A DNA stretch of 62,278 bases. Source: Nanobdellati archaeon (GTDB lineage Archaea; Nanobdellota; Nanobdellia; Woesearchaeales; JAADFO01). Under the pieces are notes generated by a model. That model searched no databases and was not told the origin of the DNA. It saw only the letters and a list, made by a program, of their open reading frames with translations. This document shows positions 26,896-36,753 of the stretch, in pieces; the first letter of the stretch is position 1; every line of letters starts with the position of its first letter. The position numbers and the translations under genes were made by a program. The stretch lies in assembly GCA_013152815.1 (NCBI GenBank), contig JAADFO010000060.1, forward strand, positions 1 through 62,278, read 5' to 3'.

Positions 26896-27882
26896 ATGCC
26901 AAAAGCAAGCAATCCACGCTCAGGAAGCATGCAGTTCTGGCCCCGGAAACGGGCCAGGTCCGAAGTAGCTAGGGTGCGATCCTGGATTGTCACCGATGAG
27001 GCGAAACCGCTGGGCTTTGCTGGCTACAAGGTCGGCATGACCCATGTCCTCTATACGGACCAGCATGCGAATTCGCTGACCAAGGGCATGGAGGTCAGCG
27101 TCCCTGTCACCGTCATCGAATGTCCGCCCATCAAGGTGTTCGGCATCCGGTTCTACGGACGCGACGACACCCGCCTTCTTTCTCTTTCTACCATCCTTTC
27201 ATCCACCGTCGACAAGGAGCTTGCGAGGAGCATCTCCCGCATCAAGAAGGTCAAGAAGACAGCCGACGAGGTCAGCATGGCTGAGGTGGTCGAGATCAGG
27301 TTGCTTGTGCACACCCAGCCAAAGCTCACGGGCATCGGCAAGAAGCGTCCTGAGATATTCGAACTTGCCATCGGCGGCAGGAAAGAGGATCAGCTTGCCT
27401 ATGCCAAAAGTGTGTTCGGAAAGGACATCAAGGTCGAGGACGTCATCAGCAACGGGGAACATATAGACCTCCATGCTATCACCAAAGGCAAGGGCTTTCA
27501 GGGTCCTGTCAAACGTTTCGGCATAGCTATAAAATCCCATAAGTCTGAGAAGACCCGGAGGAATCCTGGTTCTCTCGGTCCCTGGAAAGGGCAGGGCCAT
27601 ATCATGTATCGGGTCGCCCATGCAGGCCAGATGGGTTATCATCAGAGGACTGAATACAACAAATGGGTCATCGGGCTGGGAAGCGATCCGTCGCTGGTCA
27701 ATGCGGCGGGCGGTTTCAAGAGATATGGTGCTGTCAAGGAGTCCTGGCTGCTGGTGGTCGGTTCTGTCGCCGGAGCGTCCAAGAGACTCATCCGTTTCAA
27801 TCCGAGCTTCCGGATAAAAGGCGCCAAAAGACGGGACGAGGTCCAGCTGAGCCACATCAACATCACTTCGCATCAGGGCTGA
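26896..27882 (+). CDS. rpl3: 50S ribosomal protein L3 (uL3)
   Basis: MPKASNPRSGSMQFWPRKRA...GYKVGMTHV. First gene of the conserved archaeal L3-L4-L23-L2 order. Confidence 0.95.
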   Translation: MPKASNPRSGSMQFWPRKRARSEVARVRSWIVTDEAKPLGFAGYKVGMTHVLYTDQHANSLTKGMEVSVPVTVIECPPIKVFGIRFYGRDDTRLLSLSTILSSTVDKELARSISRIKKVKKTADEVSMAEVVEIRLLVHTQPKLTGIGKKRPEIFELAIGGRKEDQLAYAKSVFGKDIKVEDVISNGEHIDLHAITKGKGFQGPVKRFGIAIKSHKSEKTRRNPGSLGPWKGQGHIMYRVAHAGQMGYHQRTEYNKWVIGLGSDPSLVNAAGGFKRYGAVKESWLLVVGSVAGASKRLIRFNPSFRIKGAKRRDEVQLSHINITSHQG

Positions 27883-27895
27883 CCAGGTAAAGACG

Positions 27896-28885
27896 ATGAA
27901 ACTCGACATCTTCGATCCAAGGAACGAGCAGAAAGGTTCGCTGGAGCTGCCGCCCCAGTTTGATGAACCCGTACGGAAGGATCTCATCAAGAAGGCTGTC
28001 GAGTCGATCCAGAGCACCAACCGGCAACCCTATGGTGCAAGTCCCGAAGCAGGGAAACGCGCTTCCTCCATCCTTTCCAAGAGAAGGCGGGCCTATCGCG
28101 GAAGCTACGGGCTCGGCATATCCCGGACGCCCCGGAAGATCTTTTCCCGACGGGGAACACGGATGAACTGGGCAGGGGCATTCTCTCCGAATACGGTGGG
28201 CGGAAGGAGGGCGCATCCTCCGAAGGCCATCAAGAACTGGAAGAGGGAGATCAACAGGAAAGAGCGCAGGAAAGCGATCCGCTCCGCCCTTGCCGCCTCA
28301 CTGGAAAAGACGCTCGTGCTCGAGCGGGGGCATCAGCTTCCGGAAGCCTATCCTTTCCTCATCGATGACAGTTTCCAGGACATCGGAAAGACCAAAGAGG
28401 TCATCACCGCCCTCAAGACCCTTGGGTTCGGCGATGAGCTGCAGAGGACCTCGACACGGAAGATACGGGCCGGCAAAGGAAAGATGCGAGGAAGGAAATA
28501 TCGGCAGAAGACCGGCGTCCTTTTCGTGGTCGACGACGCATGCAAGCTCTACGATGCGGCCCAGAACATCCCCGGAGTGGAGATCATGTTCGCGTCCGAC
28601 CTCAATGCAGAGGTGCTTGCTCCGGGAGGGGTTCCCGGAAGGATGACGCTCTACACCTCTGCGGCCATCCAGAAGATAAACACCGAAAGGCTCTACACCG
28701 ATCACCCGCTCCAGCATGGGAAAAAAGAGAGATCTCAGGAGGAGAACGGGAAGACCGTCAAGGAAAAAGGAAAGGCCCGGGCCACACCGAAGATGACGGT
28801 AAAGGACACTCCCCAGAAACAGTCCACGACCAAAAAGGCTGCTCAGGAAGAGGCAACGGGAAGCGCAAAAGAAGCGTCGACATAA
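27896..28885 (+). CDS. rpl4: 50S ribosomal protein L4 (uL4) with K/E-rich C-terminal extension
   Basis: GASPEAGKRASS...RRRAYRGSYGLGISRTPRK core plus synteny. About 60 extra low-complexity residues at the C-terminus. Confidence 0.9.
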   Translation: MKLDIFDPRNEQKGSLELPPQFDEPVRKDLIKKAVESIQSTNRQPYGASPEAGKRASSILSKRRRAYRGSYGLGISRTPRKIFSRRGTRMNWAGAFSPNTVGGRRAHPPKAIKNWKREINRKERRKAIRSALAASLEKTLVLERGHQLPEAYPFLIDDSFQDIGKTKEVITALKTLGFGDELQRTSTRKIRAGKGKMRGRKYRQKTGVLFVVDDACKLYDAAQNIPGVEIMFASDLNAEVLAPGGVPGRMTLYTSAAIQKINTERLYTDHPLQHGKKERSQEENGKTVKEKGKARATPKMTVKDTPQKQSTTKKAAQEEATGSAKEAST

Positions 28886-28954
28886 GTCCATGGTGGCAGC
28901 GACAGACACAACAAGAAGAATAGGGAAGAATGCTGATGATCATCAGGTAACAAA

Positions 28955-29227
28955 ATGGAACGCAGACAGGACATCCACAAGATCCTCATCCACCCCCTGA
29001 GCACGGAAAAATCCATAAAGCTCATGGAAGCAGAGAACAAGATAATCTTCATGGTCGAACGGAAGGCGACCAAGAAGGAGATCAAGGAAGCTTTCGAGGA
29101 CATGTTCAAGACCAAGGTCGTGAAGGTGAACACCCTGATCATGCCCCACGGCACCAAGAAGGCATATATCAAGATGTCACCGGATAAGCCGGCCATCGAC
29201 GTGGCAACCAAGCTCGGCATCATGTGA
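28955..29227 (+). CDS. rpl23: 50S ribosomal protein L23 (uL23)
   Basis: ILIHPLSTEKSIKLMEAENKIIFMVERKATKKEIKEAFE, plus synteny. Confidence 0.9.
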   Translation: MERRQDIHKILIHPLSTEKSIKLMEAENKIIFMVERKATKKEIKEAFEDMFKTKVVKVNTLIMPHGTKKAYIKMSPDKPAIDVATKLGIM

Positions 29228-29236
29228 TGAAACATC

Positions 29237-29956
29237 ATGGGAAAGAACCTCATCCAGCAGGCCAGAGGAAAGGGATCACCTACCTACAGGGCTCCCAGCT
29301 TCAAGTATAAGGGCAGAGCAAAGCATCTTTCCCTCATGAAAGAGGGCCAGATGGAAGGCAAGGTCGTGGACCTGATAACCTGCAGAGGGCATTCGACTCC
29401 TCTCACCAGGATAGTCTGGGCCAACGGAGAGAAGACCCTGGGCCTGGCTGTCGATGGTATCCTCGTCGGTCAGAAGGTCTCAGCCGGCCAGTCTGTCCAG
29501 GTCACTTCCGGGAACATCCTCTCCCTTGCTGATATCCCTGAAGGTTCGTTGGTCAACAACATCGAGTCCCATCCCGGAGACGGAGGGAAATTTGTCCGTG
29601 CCTCAGGGACCTTTGCGCGTGTCGTCGGCAAATCGGACGGCAAGGTCACCCTTCTGCTCCCTTCAAAGAAAGAGAAGATATTTAACGAGAGCTGTCGGGC
29701 CACCATCGGTGTCCTCGCTGCCGGCGGAAGGCCGGAAAAGCCGTTCTATAAGGCAGGACGGAAATATTTCAAGATGAAGGCGAAGAACAAGCTATATCCC
29801 AAGGTCAGTGGCGTCGCGATGAATTCCGTCGACCATCCGTTCGGAGGTTCATCAAGCGCACACAAGGGAAGGCCGACGCTTTCGAGCAAGAATGCTCCGC
29901 CGGGAAGAAAAGTAGGAAAACTGCGGCCGAGGAGGACAGGCATCAGGAAGAAGTGA
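29237..29956 (+). CDS. rpl2: 50S ribosomal protein L2 (uL2)
   Basis: GKNLIQQARGKGSPTYRAPS...MNSVDHPFGGSSSAHKGRP, plus synteny. Confidence 0.95.
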   Translation: MGKNLIQQARGKGSPTYRAPSFKYKGRAKHLSLMKEGQMEGKVVDLITCRGHSTPLTRIVWANGEKTLGLAVDGILVGQKVSAGQSVQVTSGNILSLADIPEGSLVNNIESHPGDGGKFVRASGTFARVVGKSDGKVTLLLPSKKEKIFNESCRATIGVLAAGGRPEKPFYKAGRKYFKMKAKNKLYPKVSGVAMNSVDHPFGGSSSAHKGRPTLSSKNAPPGRKVGKLRPRRTGIRKK

Positions 29957-30027
29957 GCGGGAAGCGAGCAGAGCATCGTCTCAAATCGTCTCAACTCATT
30001 CCCCCATCAAAAGACAAGGTCACCATC

Positions 30028-30408
30028 ATGGCAAAAAAGGAATTCACCTATAGAGGAAAACACCTTGAGGAGCTCAAGGCGATGAGCCTGCAGGAGTTTG
30101 CAGAGCTTCTTCCTTCGAGACAGCGAAGAAAGATCGACCGAGGTTTCACAGATGCAGAGAAGATCTTTCTGGAGAAGTTCAGGAAGAAAGGCACGGTCGA
30201 GACCCATTGCAGGGATATGCTCGTCCTTCCCGAGATGGTCAACAAGACCATCAGGATCCATAACGGAAAGAAATTCATTGAACTCATCGTCCAGCCCCAT
30301 ATGCTCGGTCATTGTTTCGGCGAGTTCGTGCTGACAAGGAACAGGGTTGCCCACTCTGCACCGGGTGTCGGAGCGACCAGAAGCTCATCGGCGATCTCGG
30401 TGAGATGA
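30028..30408 (+). CDS. rps19: 30S ribosomal protein S19 (uS19)
   Basis: MAKKEFTYRGKHLEEL...IRIHNGKKFIELIVQPHMLGHCFGEF. ATG 30028 chosen inside track ORF 29953..30408. Confidence 0.9.
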   Translation: MAKKEFTYRGKHLEELKAMSLQEFAELLPSRQRRKIDRGFTDAEKIFLEKFRKKGTVETHCRDMLVLPEMVNKTIRIHNGKKFIELIVQPHMLGHCFGEFVLTRNRVAHSAPGVGATRSSSAISVR

Positions 30409-30432
30409 TGAAATGAGGTTCAGGCTCATACT

Positions 30433-31194
30433 ATGACGTCGACATACGCATTCAAGGATGTGAAAGAGAACATGGCAAGAGCCAAAGGCATCGACCTGCC
30501 CATCTCCACCAAGCAATCCATCGAGATATGCAATTTCCTCCGTGGCAAACGCATGGACCGTGTCCTCGCCTATCTTGAGGAAGTGAAGCCGGGCAAGAAC
30601 GCGATACCCTTCAAGCGATTTAACAGTGACATGGGCCATCGGACAGGCATGGGTGCAGGCCGGTATCCTGTCAAGGCGGTCCATGAGATAAAGAAAGTGC
30701 TCGAATCTGCGCAGACCAATGCACAGTTCAAAGGTCTCAACAGCGGCAGTCTCAAGATCATCCACATCCTTGCGAACAAGGCAGCGACCCCTCTCCATTA
30801 TGGTCGTCGTCCGAGCAGGGAGATGAAACGTACTCATATCGAGGTCGTGGTCCAGGAAGTGGCTCCTCCTCAGGAGAAGAAGAGGACGAAGGCAAAGCAA
30901 GGGTCTGCAACGGAAAAGGGCGTAAAGGGCGTCCAAGCAACTCCTGGAAAATCCTCGTCTGCGTCTGCATCTCCTGACAAGGCCTCTCCTGCGACGCCGG
31001 ATGTCAAGGCAGATGTCAAGGCAGATGTCAAGCAGACGGTGAAGACAGAGATGAAAACCGAGGAGAAAGCTCCTCGACAGGAGCCTTTGCAGCCTCCGAA
31101 GGAACATCCCGACCAGCAGGCTAAGCCTGCAACCTCGCCCGCTCCTGCCAAGAAACAGGATCAAGAATCACCGACAACAGAGGATGCAAAATGA
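30433..31194 (+). CDS. rpl22: 50S ribosomal protein L22 (uL22) with repeat-built C-terminal extension
   Basis: ARAKGIDLPISTKQSIEICNFLRGK core. The tail contains DVKADVKADVKQTVK, encoded by a 15-nt tandem repeat. Confidence 0.9.
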   Translation: MTSTYAFKDVKENMARAKGIDLPISTKQSIEICNFLRGKRMDRVLAYLEEVKPGKNAIPFKRFNSDMGHRTGMGAGRYPVKAVHEIKKVLESAQTNAQFKGLNSGSLKIIHILANKAATPLHYGRRPSREMKRTHIEVVVQEVAPPQEKKRTKAKQGSATEKGVKGVQATPGKSSSASASPDKASPATPDVKADVKADVKQTVKTEMKTEEKAPRQEPLQPPKEHPDQQAKPATSPAPAKKQDQESPTTEDAK

Positions 31195-32162
31195 TTGAAC
31201 GAGGATTAGTGGCCCAGCGGATCAAGGAATTCCAGATCCAGGAGTATATCAAGAAGAACCTGCGTCAGGTCGGGCACAGCAAGACCCGTGTCCAGCGGAC
31301 TCCTTTGGGTGAGAAGATAATCATCCATGCTTCGCGGCCCGGTCTCATCGTCGGAAAGAAAGGGGCCAACATCAAGAAGCTCACCACGACCCTGAAGAAA
31401 CAGTTCGGCCTGGAGAATCCGCAGATCGAGATCAGCGAAGTGGAACATCCGAACCTTGATGCTTCGATCGTCGCCGAGAGCATAGCGAATTCCCTTGAAC
31501 GTTTCGGGCCGACACGCTTCAAGGGTGTAGGCCATAAGACCATGGAAGCGGTCATACAGGACGGTGCCCTGGGTGTCGAGATACTCATCTCCGGCAAGAT
31601 TCCCAGTTCACGGGCGAGGAACTGGCGCTTTTACCGAGGCTATCTCAAGAAATGTGGAGATGTGGCCATCAGCGGTGTGAGCCATGCGATCACTTCAGCC
31701 CATCTCAAGAGCGGTGCCATCGGCATCCAGGTGAGGATCATGCCTCCGAACATCGAGCTCCCCGACAAGATCGTGGTCCTTGACGAGCCCATCGTGGTCG
31801 TGGAAGAAGCTCCCCCGGAAGAGGCGACACCGACATCGAAGAGGAAAGGTCCGCAATCAAGATCCCCTGCGAAGAAAGCATCCAAGACAGCGAAGAAGGA
31901 TGTTAAGAAGGATGTTAAGAAAGATGCAAAGAAGGATGCAAAGAGACAGGGGAACGCAAAAACCGACGATACTGACAAGACCGATGACACCAAGGATGAC
32001 ACCCCCGATGGCTCCTCATCTGAGAAGAAGGGAAACATCGTCGAGTCCGCCTCTCCGTCCGAAGTCACCGAGGATGTTGTCGAGGGCAAAGCGGGTGAGA
32101 GCATTCCTGAACCGGAACAGCCTTCCCCGTCTTCCGCCGACCAGAAGGATGAACGATCATGA
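31191..32162 (+). CDS. rps3: 30S ribosomal protein S3 (uS3) with K/D-rich C-terminal extension
   Basis: KH-domain core PGLIVGKKGANIKKLT. Tail KKDVKKDVKKDAKKDAK... The ATG overlaps the L22 stop. Confidence 0.9.
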   Translation: MIERGLVAQRIKEFQIQEYIKKNLRQVGHSKTRVQRTPLGEKIIIHASRPGLIVGKKGANIKKLTTTLKKQFGLENPQIEISEVEHPNLDASIVAESIANSLERFGPTRFKGVGHKTMEAVIQDGALGVEILISGKIPSSRARNWRFYRGYLKKCGDVAISGVSHAITSAHLKSGAIGIQVRIMPPNIELPDKIVVLDEPIVVVEEAPPEEATPTSKRKGPQSRSPAKKASKTAKKDVKKDVKKDAKKDAKRQGNAKTDDTDKTDDTKDDTPDGSSSEKKGNIVESASPSEVTEDVVEGKAGESIPEPEQPSPSSADQKDERS

Positions 32163-32401
32163 AGACAGAGACCTTCCATCATTTCGACGAGAAATCGTTG
32201 CAGGACAGGATCAGTGAGATGAGAGTGGATCTCATCAAGATCAGGTCAGAGCTCGCATCCAAGTCCTCGTCCCAGAAAGTGGGTCAGATCCATCAGCTGA
32301 AGAAATCCATAGCGCGGGCGCTGACGGCCCAAAGCGGCCTCCTGCGCAAAAGACTGACCCAGAAGATGATGGAATCAAAAAAGAAGGAGGTTAGTGAATA
32401 A
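32159..32401 (+). CDS. rpl29: 50S ribosomal protein L29 (uL29)
   Basis: SLQDRISEMRVDLIKIRSELAS, plus synteny. Confidence 0.85.
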   Translation: MKTETFHHFDEKSLQDRISEMRVDLIKIRSELASKSSSQKVGQIHQLKKSIARALTAQSGLLRKRLTQKMMESKKKEVSE

Positions 32402-32403
32402 GC

Positions 32404-32691
32404 ATGCCTGAAATAGATCCCATCACCGGCCTACCGAAGGAGCTGGGTACCTGGGAGAATATTGCCAAAGAATCGCAGAAACTGACCATCACCACCGAGA
32501 AACGCAAGTTCGGAAAGATCCATACCATCGTCGATGGCTTCACCAAGGACATCGATGTGAAGGGTCTCGCGAAAAAGCTCAAGAACGAACTTGCCTGCGG
32601 CGGGACCTACAAGGATGGGCGCGTAGAACTCCTGGGCGAGCACACGGTAAAAGTGCGGGAATACCTCGAGAAGCACGGCTTCACCATCTGA
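32404..32691 (+). CDS. translation initiation factor aSUI1 (eIF1 homologue)
   Basis: KRKFGKIHTIVDGF...LAKKLKNELACGGTYKDGRVELLGEH is the SUI1 pattern, in the usual archaeal position after L29. Confidence 0.85.
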   Translation: MPEIDPITGLPKELGTWENIAKESQKLTITTEKRKFGKIHTIVDGFTKDIDVKGLAKKLKNELACGGTYKDGRVELLGEHTVKVREYLEKHGFTI

Positions 32692-32703
32692 GAGAGGATT
32701 CCC

Positions 32704-32970
32704 ATGGCTCAGGACCCGAGGTTGCGTCCATTGGTCGGAAGATCCATCGTCGTGATCCAGTATCAGGGAAAGGATCTGCAGCCGGCGTTGATGGGCACCA
32801 TCGAAGAGGACACGCGATTCAGCCTACGGGTGAGGATTCCCGGAGGGAAGAGGACCTTCCTCAAACAATCCCTGGTCTGCATGGTGCAAAGCATCTCAGA
32901 TCACACGATCAAGGGCGAGACCCTCATAGGAACGATCCATGAACGGATCAAGAACATCAAGCATAGGTGA
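32704..32970 (+). CDS. rnp1: RNase P protein component 1 (Rpp29/Pop4)
   Basis: Short Sm-like barrel (LVGRSIVVIQYQGKDLQPALMGTIEEDTRFSLRV) at the conserved position between SUI1/L29 and S17. Confidence 0.7.
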   Translation: MAQDPRLRPLVGRSIVVIQYQGKDLQPALMGTIEEDTRFSLRVRIPGGKRTFLKQSLVCMVQSISDHTIKGETLIGTIHERIKNIKHR

Positions 32971-32977
32971 ACAACGG

Positions 32978-33670
32978 ATGAACAGACGCATCGGCATTGA
33001 CGTGCCAACCCCCAAGGAACAGAAGGGACTTGAACCGGACAGGCACAGTCCATTCACAGGAAGCATCAAGGTACGTGGCAGGACATTCACCGGGACGGTG
33101 CTCTCCACCAAGATGGCGAGGACGGCAACGGTCTCCTGGTCGAGGATGCAGTACAATCCTAAATACGAACGCTATGTCAGGAGATGGACAAAGGTGCATG
33201 CGCACAATCCTGAAGTCATCAACGCCCAGAAAGGTGATGTGGTCAAGATCGCGGAGACACGGCCCATCTCCAAGACCAAGAACTTCGTCATCGTGCAGAT
33301 CCTGGGCACCGACATAGACTCACAGATCAAAGAGGAGAACAAAGAGATCGACCTCAAGGTCAAGGTGGACAAGGACAATCGGAAGAAGCGACAGAAACAG
33401 GCCCATCTGGTGACCGGGAAGACAGGCGAAGACACAGGCAGTATGTCCTCATCTGTTGAACCTGTTGAACCTGTTGGATCGGATGGTTCGGACGAGATAG
33501 CCGACCCTGCGAAGGTCAGCGATGATGTTGATGCTCGTCATTCCGATGTCACGGACAGTTCCTCTGCTGGCATGGGTGAAACAGGATCTCCCTCGGATAA
33601 AGGACAGGAATCAGGACAAGGACCCGATGAGGCCGTCGAGGATAGAACCGCCGAGGTCCGGAAAGACTGA
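32978..33670 (+). CDS. rps17: 30S ribosomal protein S17 (uS17) with long acidic C-terminal extension
   Basis: GRTFTGTVLSTKMARTATVSW...GDVVKIAETRPISKTKNFVIVQI core. About 120 extra residues, including VEPVEPVG from a 12-nt tandem repeat. Confidence 0.9.
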   Translation: MNRRIGIDVPTPKEQKGLEPDRHSPFTGSIKVRGRTFTGTVLSTKMARTATVSWSRMQYNPKYERYVRRWTKVHAHNPEVINAQKGDVVKIAETRPISKTKNFVIVQILGTDIDSQIKEENKEIDLKVKVDKDNRKKRQKQAHLVTGKTGEDTGSMSSSVEPVEPVGSDGSDEIADPAKVSDDVDARHSDVTDSSSAGMGETGSPSDKGQESGQGPDEAVEDRTAEVRKD

Positions 33671-33714
33671 GATTTTTTTGATACACGAATGATGATACTC
33701 ACCAGGGCACAATC

Positions 33715-34116
33715 ATGAAAGCCGTAAAAGCCAAGATAACACGGGCGCTCCCGCTCGGTTGTAACGTAGAAGCCTGTGATAATTCCGGAGCCAAGATCCT
33801 CAGGGTCTTCGGAGTCAAGGGCATGAAGACCAAGAAAGGGAGAGTTGCTGCCGCAGGCATCGGTGATATGGTGCTGGCGAGCGTCGTCAAGGGACGTCCG
33901 GACATGAGAAAACAGGTCGTCTTTGCGATCATCGTCAGACAGAAGAAAGAGTACCTGAGACCAGACGGTATGCATGTGACCTTCGAAGACAATGCCGCCG
34001 TCGTGCTGAAGGATGATAAGGGCAACCCGAAGGGCACCCTCTTCAAGGGACCGATAGCTAAGGAGGCTGCCGAACGTTGGCCGGCCATCTCAAAGGTGGC
34101 ATCCATCATATTATGA
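33715..34116 (+). CDS. rpl14: 50S ribosomal protein L14 (uL14)
   Basis: NVEACDNSGAKILRVFGVKG...GDMVLASVVKG. Confidence 0.95.
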   Translation: MKAVKAKITRALPLGCNVEACDNSGAKILRVFGVKGMKTKKGRVAAAGIGDMVLASVVKGRPDMRKQVVFAIIVRQKKEYLRPDGMHVTFEDNAAVVLKDDKGNPKGTLFKGPIAKEAAERWPAISKVASIIL

Positions 34117-34190
34117 TCATACGGTGAAAACTGACGACAACGATCGAGGCGTACGACAGAACATACACCATCAGGAAATCGTGAAATACC

Positions 34191-34637
34191 ATGAAACAGA
34201 CCTTTTCGACCAAATGGAAAGCGAGCACACAGCGCCGCAAGCAGAGGAAGTACGGCTATAATGCGCCCCATCATCTGCGACAGAAATGTCTCGGCGCTTC
34301 TCTCTCTAAGGGCCTGCGGGAGAAGCAGGGACGAAAGACCCTGAGCGTCAAGGCCGGAGATAAGGTCAAGGTCATGCGGGGCCAGTTCAAGGGACGCTCT
34401 GGCAAGGTCGACCATGTGAACCTCAAGCAGCAGAAGGTCTTCGTGGAGAAGATGGAACTGATCAAGAAGGACGGCAACAAGGTCATGATACCCATCGATC
34501 CATCCAATGTCCAGATTATAGAACTCAGCGAAGATAAACGAAGGAACAAGAAGAACGTCTCTGCAAAGGTCACCAAGGTCACCCCAGCCCCCGAGAAGAC
34601 CAAGGATGACAAGCAAACCAAAGAGGCAACCAAATGA
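34191..34637 (+). CDS. rpl24: 50S ribosomal protein L24 (uL24)
   Basis: KOW motif KAGDKVKVMRGQFKGRSGKV, plus synteny. Confidence 0.9.
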   Translation: MKQTFSTKWKASTQRRKQRKYGYNAPHHLRQKCLGASLSKGLREKQGRKTLSVKAGDKVKVMRGQFKGRSGKVDHVNLKQQKVFVEKMELIKKDGNKVMIPIDPSNVQIIELSEDKRRNKKNVSAKVTKVTPAPEKTKDDKQTKEATK

Positions 34638-35329
34638 AAGATCACCTGAAACGACTAGCAGCGCCAACGACCTGGCCGATCAAGAAGAAAGGGCTCAAAT
34701 GGGTGAGAAGACCCTTCCCGGGTTCGCACTCCATGGAGCATGGTCTCTCCATGGATACGCTGCTCAAGGACATGTTGGCCATCGCAAAGAGTTCACGCGA
34801 GGTGAGGGTGATCCTGAACCATCGTACCGTCCTCGTGAACGGCAGACAGATCAAAGAGGTGAAGTTCATCGTCGGACTCTTCGATGTGGTCGAGCTGAAG
34901 GAGGCGAAGAAGACCTACCGTATCATGATGACCGAGAAGGGCATCCTGAAGTCCCATGAGATTTCCGGCGCCGAGGCCAAGCTCAAGCCTACCCGCGTGG
35001 CGGGAAAGACCAGACTGGGCAAGGACCTGATCCAGATCAATCTAGGGGATGGAAGGAACCTCGTCGAGAAGAAGAACAACTATCAGGTCGGTGACACCCT
35101 CTTCCTCAACATCGACACAGGAAAGGTCGAGCAGGTGGTCAAGCTGGAGAAAGGAGCGTCCATAATCCTCATATCAGGAAAGCACATCGGAAAGACCGGA
35201 CAGGTAGCGGACATCAAGGGCAATAAGATACTCGTCGAGACCAAAGACAAGGCGCTCTTCGAGACGAGGAAAGCCTATGCTTTCGCCGTCGGAAAGGAAA
35301 AGCCGTTGATTGCCCTGCTTGAGGAGTGA
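34634..35329 (+). CDS. rps4e: 30S ribosomal protein S4e
   Basis: MKDHLKRLAAPTTWPIKKKGLKWVRRP. ATGA overlap with L24. Confidence 0.9.
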   Translation: MKDHLKRLAAPTTWPIKKKGLKWVRRPFPGSHSMEHGLSMDTLLKDMLAIAKSSREVRVILNHRTVLVNGRQIKEVKFIVGLFDVVELKEAKKTYRIMMTEKGILKSHEISGAEAKLKPTRVAGKTRLGKDLIQINLGDGRNLVEKKNNYQVGDTLFLNIDTGKVEQVVKLEKGASIILISGKHIGKTGQVADIKGNKILVETKDKALFETRKAYAFAVGKEKPLIALLEE

Positions 35330-35393
35330 GCGCCGGCAGGATAGAACATACAAGAGATAAGACGAACGTAAAACATCATCAAGGGAATCAAGA

Positions 35394-36032
35394 ATGAGCA
35401 CAGGACAAGAAGCCGTCATGTCGGCACAGCCACAGGAGAACCCTCTGGGCATACCTGGTCAAGAGACCCGGCAGACACAGCAGGAACAGGTCTCCGGTAC
35501 GGTCAAGAAACGGGCCCAGAACCCCAATAGGCTCATCAGGATAGAGAAGGTGACGCTCAATGTGGGAGCAGGAAAAGATCCGAAACAGCTGGAACGAGGT
35601 GTCAGGCTGCTCAAGCTGATAACCGGCATAGAACCGGTGAAGACAGTCACCATGAAGCGTATCGCTGCATGGGGCCTGAGACCGAGGCTTCCCATCGGAT
35701 GCAAGCTGACCCTGAGGAACGAGCAGGCACAGGTCATCCTCAAACGTCTGCTTGCAGCCAAGGACAATCATCTGAAGGAGACCCAGATCGACGCCACCGG
35801 GAACATCTCTTTCGGTATCCATGAATATATCGATATCCCCGATGTCAAGTACGATCCTGATCTTGGTGTGTTGGGTCTGGAGGTCTGCGTCACCTTCGAG
35901 CGGCCCGGATTCCGGATCAAGCGAAGGAGAATGTTGAAGCGGAAAGTCCCTTCGCGTCATCGTATCACCAAAGAGGAAGTCATCACTTACCTGGAGTCGA
36001 ATTTCAGCGTATCATTCAAGGAGGATGAGTAA
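35394..36032 (+). CDS. rpl5: 50S ribosomal protein L5 (uL5) with Q-rich N-terminal extension
   Basis: IRIEKVTLNVGAG...FGIHEYIDIPDVKYDPDLG. Confidence 0.9.
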   Translation: MSTGQEAVMSAQPQENPLGIPGQETRQTQQEQVSGTVKKRAQNPNRLIRIEKVTLNVGAGKDPKQLERGVRLLKLITGIEPVKTVTMKRIAAWGLRPRLPIGCKLTLRNEQAQVILKRLLAAKDNHLKETQIDATGNISFGIHEYIDIPDVKYDPDLGVLGLEVCVTFERPGFRIKRRRMLKRKVPSRHRITKEEVITYLESNFSVSFKEDE

Positions 36033-36263
36033 ATGACCTATAGCGATTATACCAAAGTCTTCAAGCAGCTCAAGACCAAGCCGGTTATCCTCGAGAAGTA
36101 CAAGAAGCATAATGCGCCGAAGGAGCGGAGCTGCGGTGTATCGCTCAAGCGATGCCGACGCTGCGGAAGGATCCGTGCACATATATCCAAGTATGGTATC
36201 CATCTGTGCAGGCAATGTTTCCGTGAGATTGCGCCGGAGCTGGGCTTCAAGAAATATGACTAG
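36033..36263 (+). CDS. rps14: 30S ribosomal protein S14 (uS14, zinc form)
   Basis: [25 protein letters not shown]. Abuts the L5 stop. Confidence 0.9.
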   Translation: MTYSDYTKVFKQLKTKPVILEKYKKHNAPKERSCGVSLKRCRRCGRIRAHISKYGIHLCRQCFREIAPELGFKKYD

Positions 36264-36294
36264 ACCAAATCAACGGACAAGGTGACAATCAACC

Positions 36295-36687
36295 ATGAGC
36301 ATGAACGACACACTGGCGATGGCCCTTTCTGTCATCCAGAACGCAGAGCTTCTCGGTAAACGGGAGTGCCATATCCGTCACGTCTCGAAGGTCATCAAGA
36401 ATGTATTGGACATCCTTCGCCAGAACCTCTATGTGGGCGACTACACCGAGATAAAGGATGGCCAGGGAACCTATCTTCGGCTGAATCTCCTGGGAAACAT
36501 CAACCGATGCAATGCCATCAAGCCGAGAAGTGCTGTCCAGCTCCACAACTACGAAAAGCTCGAGAAGCGGTTCCTTCCTGCGAAGGATTTCGGCATCATC
36601 ATCGTCTCCACGTCCAGGGGGATGATGACCCATAAGGAAGCGAAAGAGCAGGGACTCGGAGGCAGGGTCCTCTCCTACTGCTATTGA
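36295..36687 (+). CDS. rps8: 30S ribosomal protein S8 (uS8)
   Basis: MNDTLAMALSVIQNAE...GIIIVSTSRGMMTHKEA. Confidence 0.9.
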   Translation: MSMNDTLAMALSVIQNAELLGKRECHIRHVSKVIKNVLDILRQNLYVGDYTEIKDGQGTYLRLNLLGNINRCNAIKPRSAVQLHNYEKLEKRFLPAKDFGIIIVSTSRGMMTHKEAKEQGLGGRVLSYCY

Positions 36688-36753
36688 GCATGAGCCAGCC
36701 TGTTCACCGATACCTGTTCATCAATCGAAGAGAAGCGAAGGAAGAAGATAACC

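Noticed and set aside
26601-26993. 130-aa minus-strand ORF upstream of and overlapping L3
   Set aside because: It overlaps the L3 start and the promoter/leader region. It has no motif and reads as promoter DNA.
27199-34667. Several long minus-strand ORFs inside the ribosomal operon (27199..28020, 28298..28909, 30385..31164, 33699..34667)
   Set aside because: All are antisense to unmistakable ribosomal protein genes and are shadow frames.
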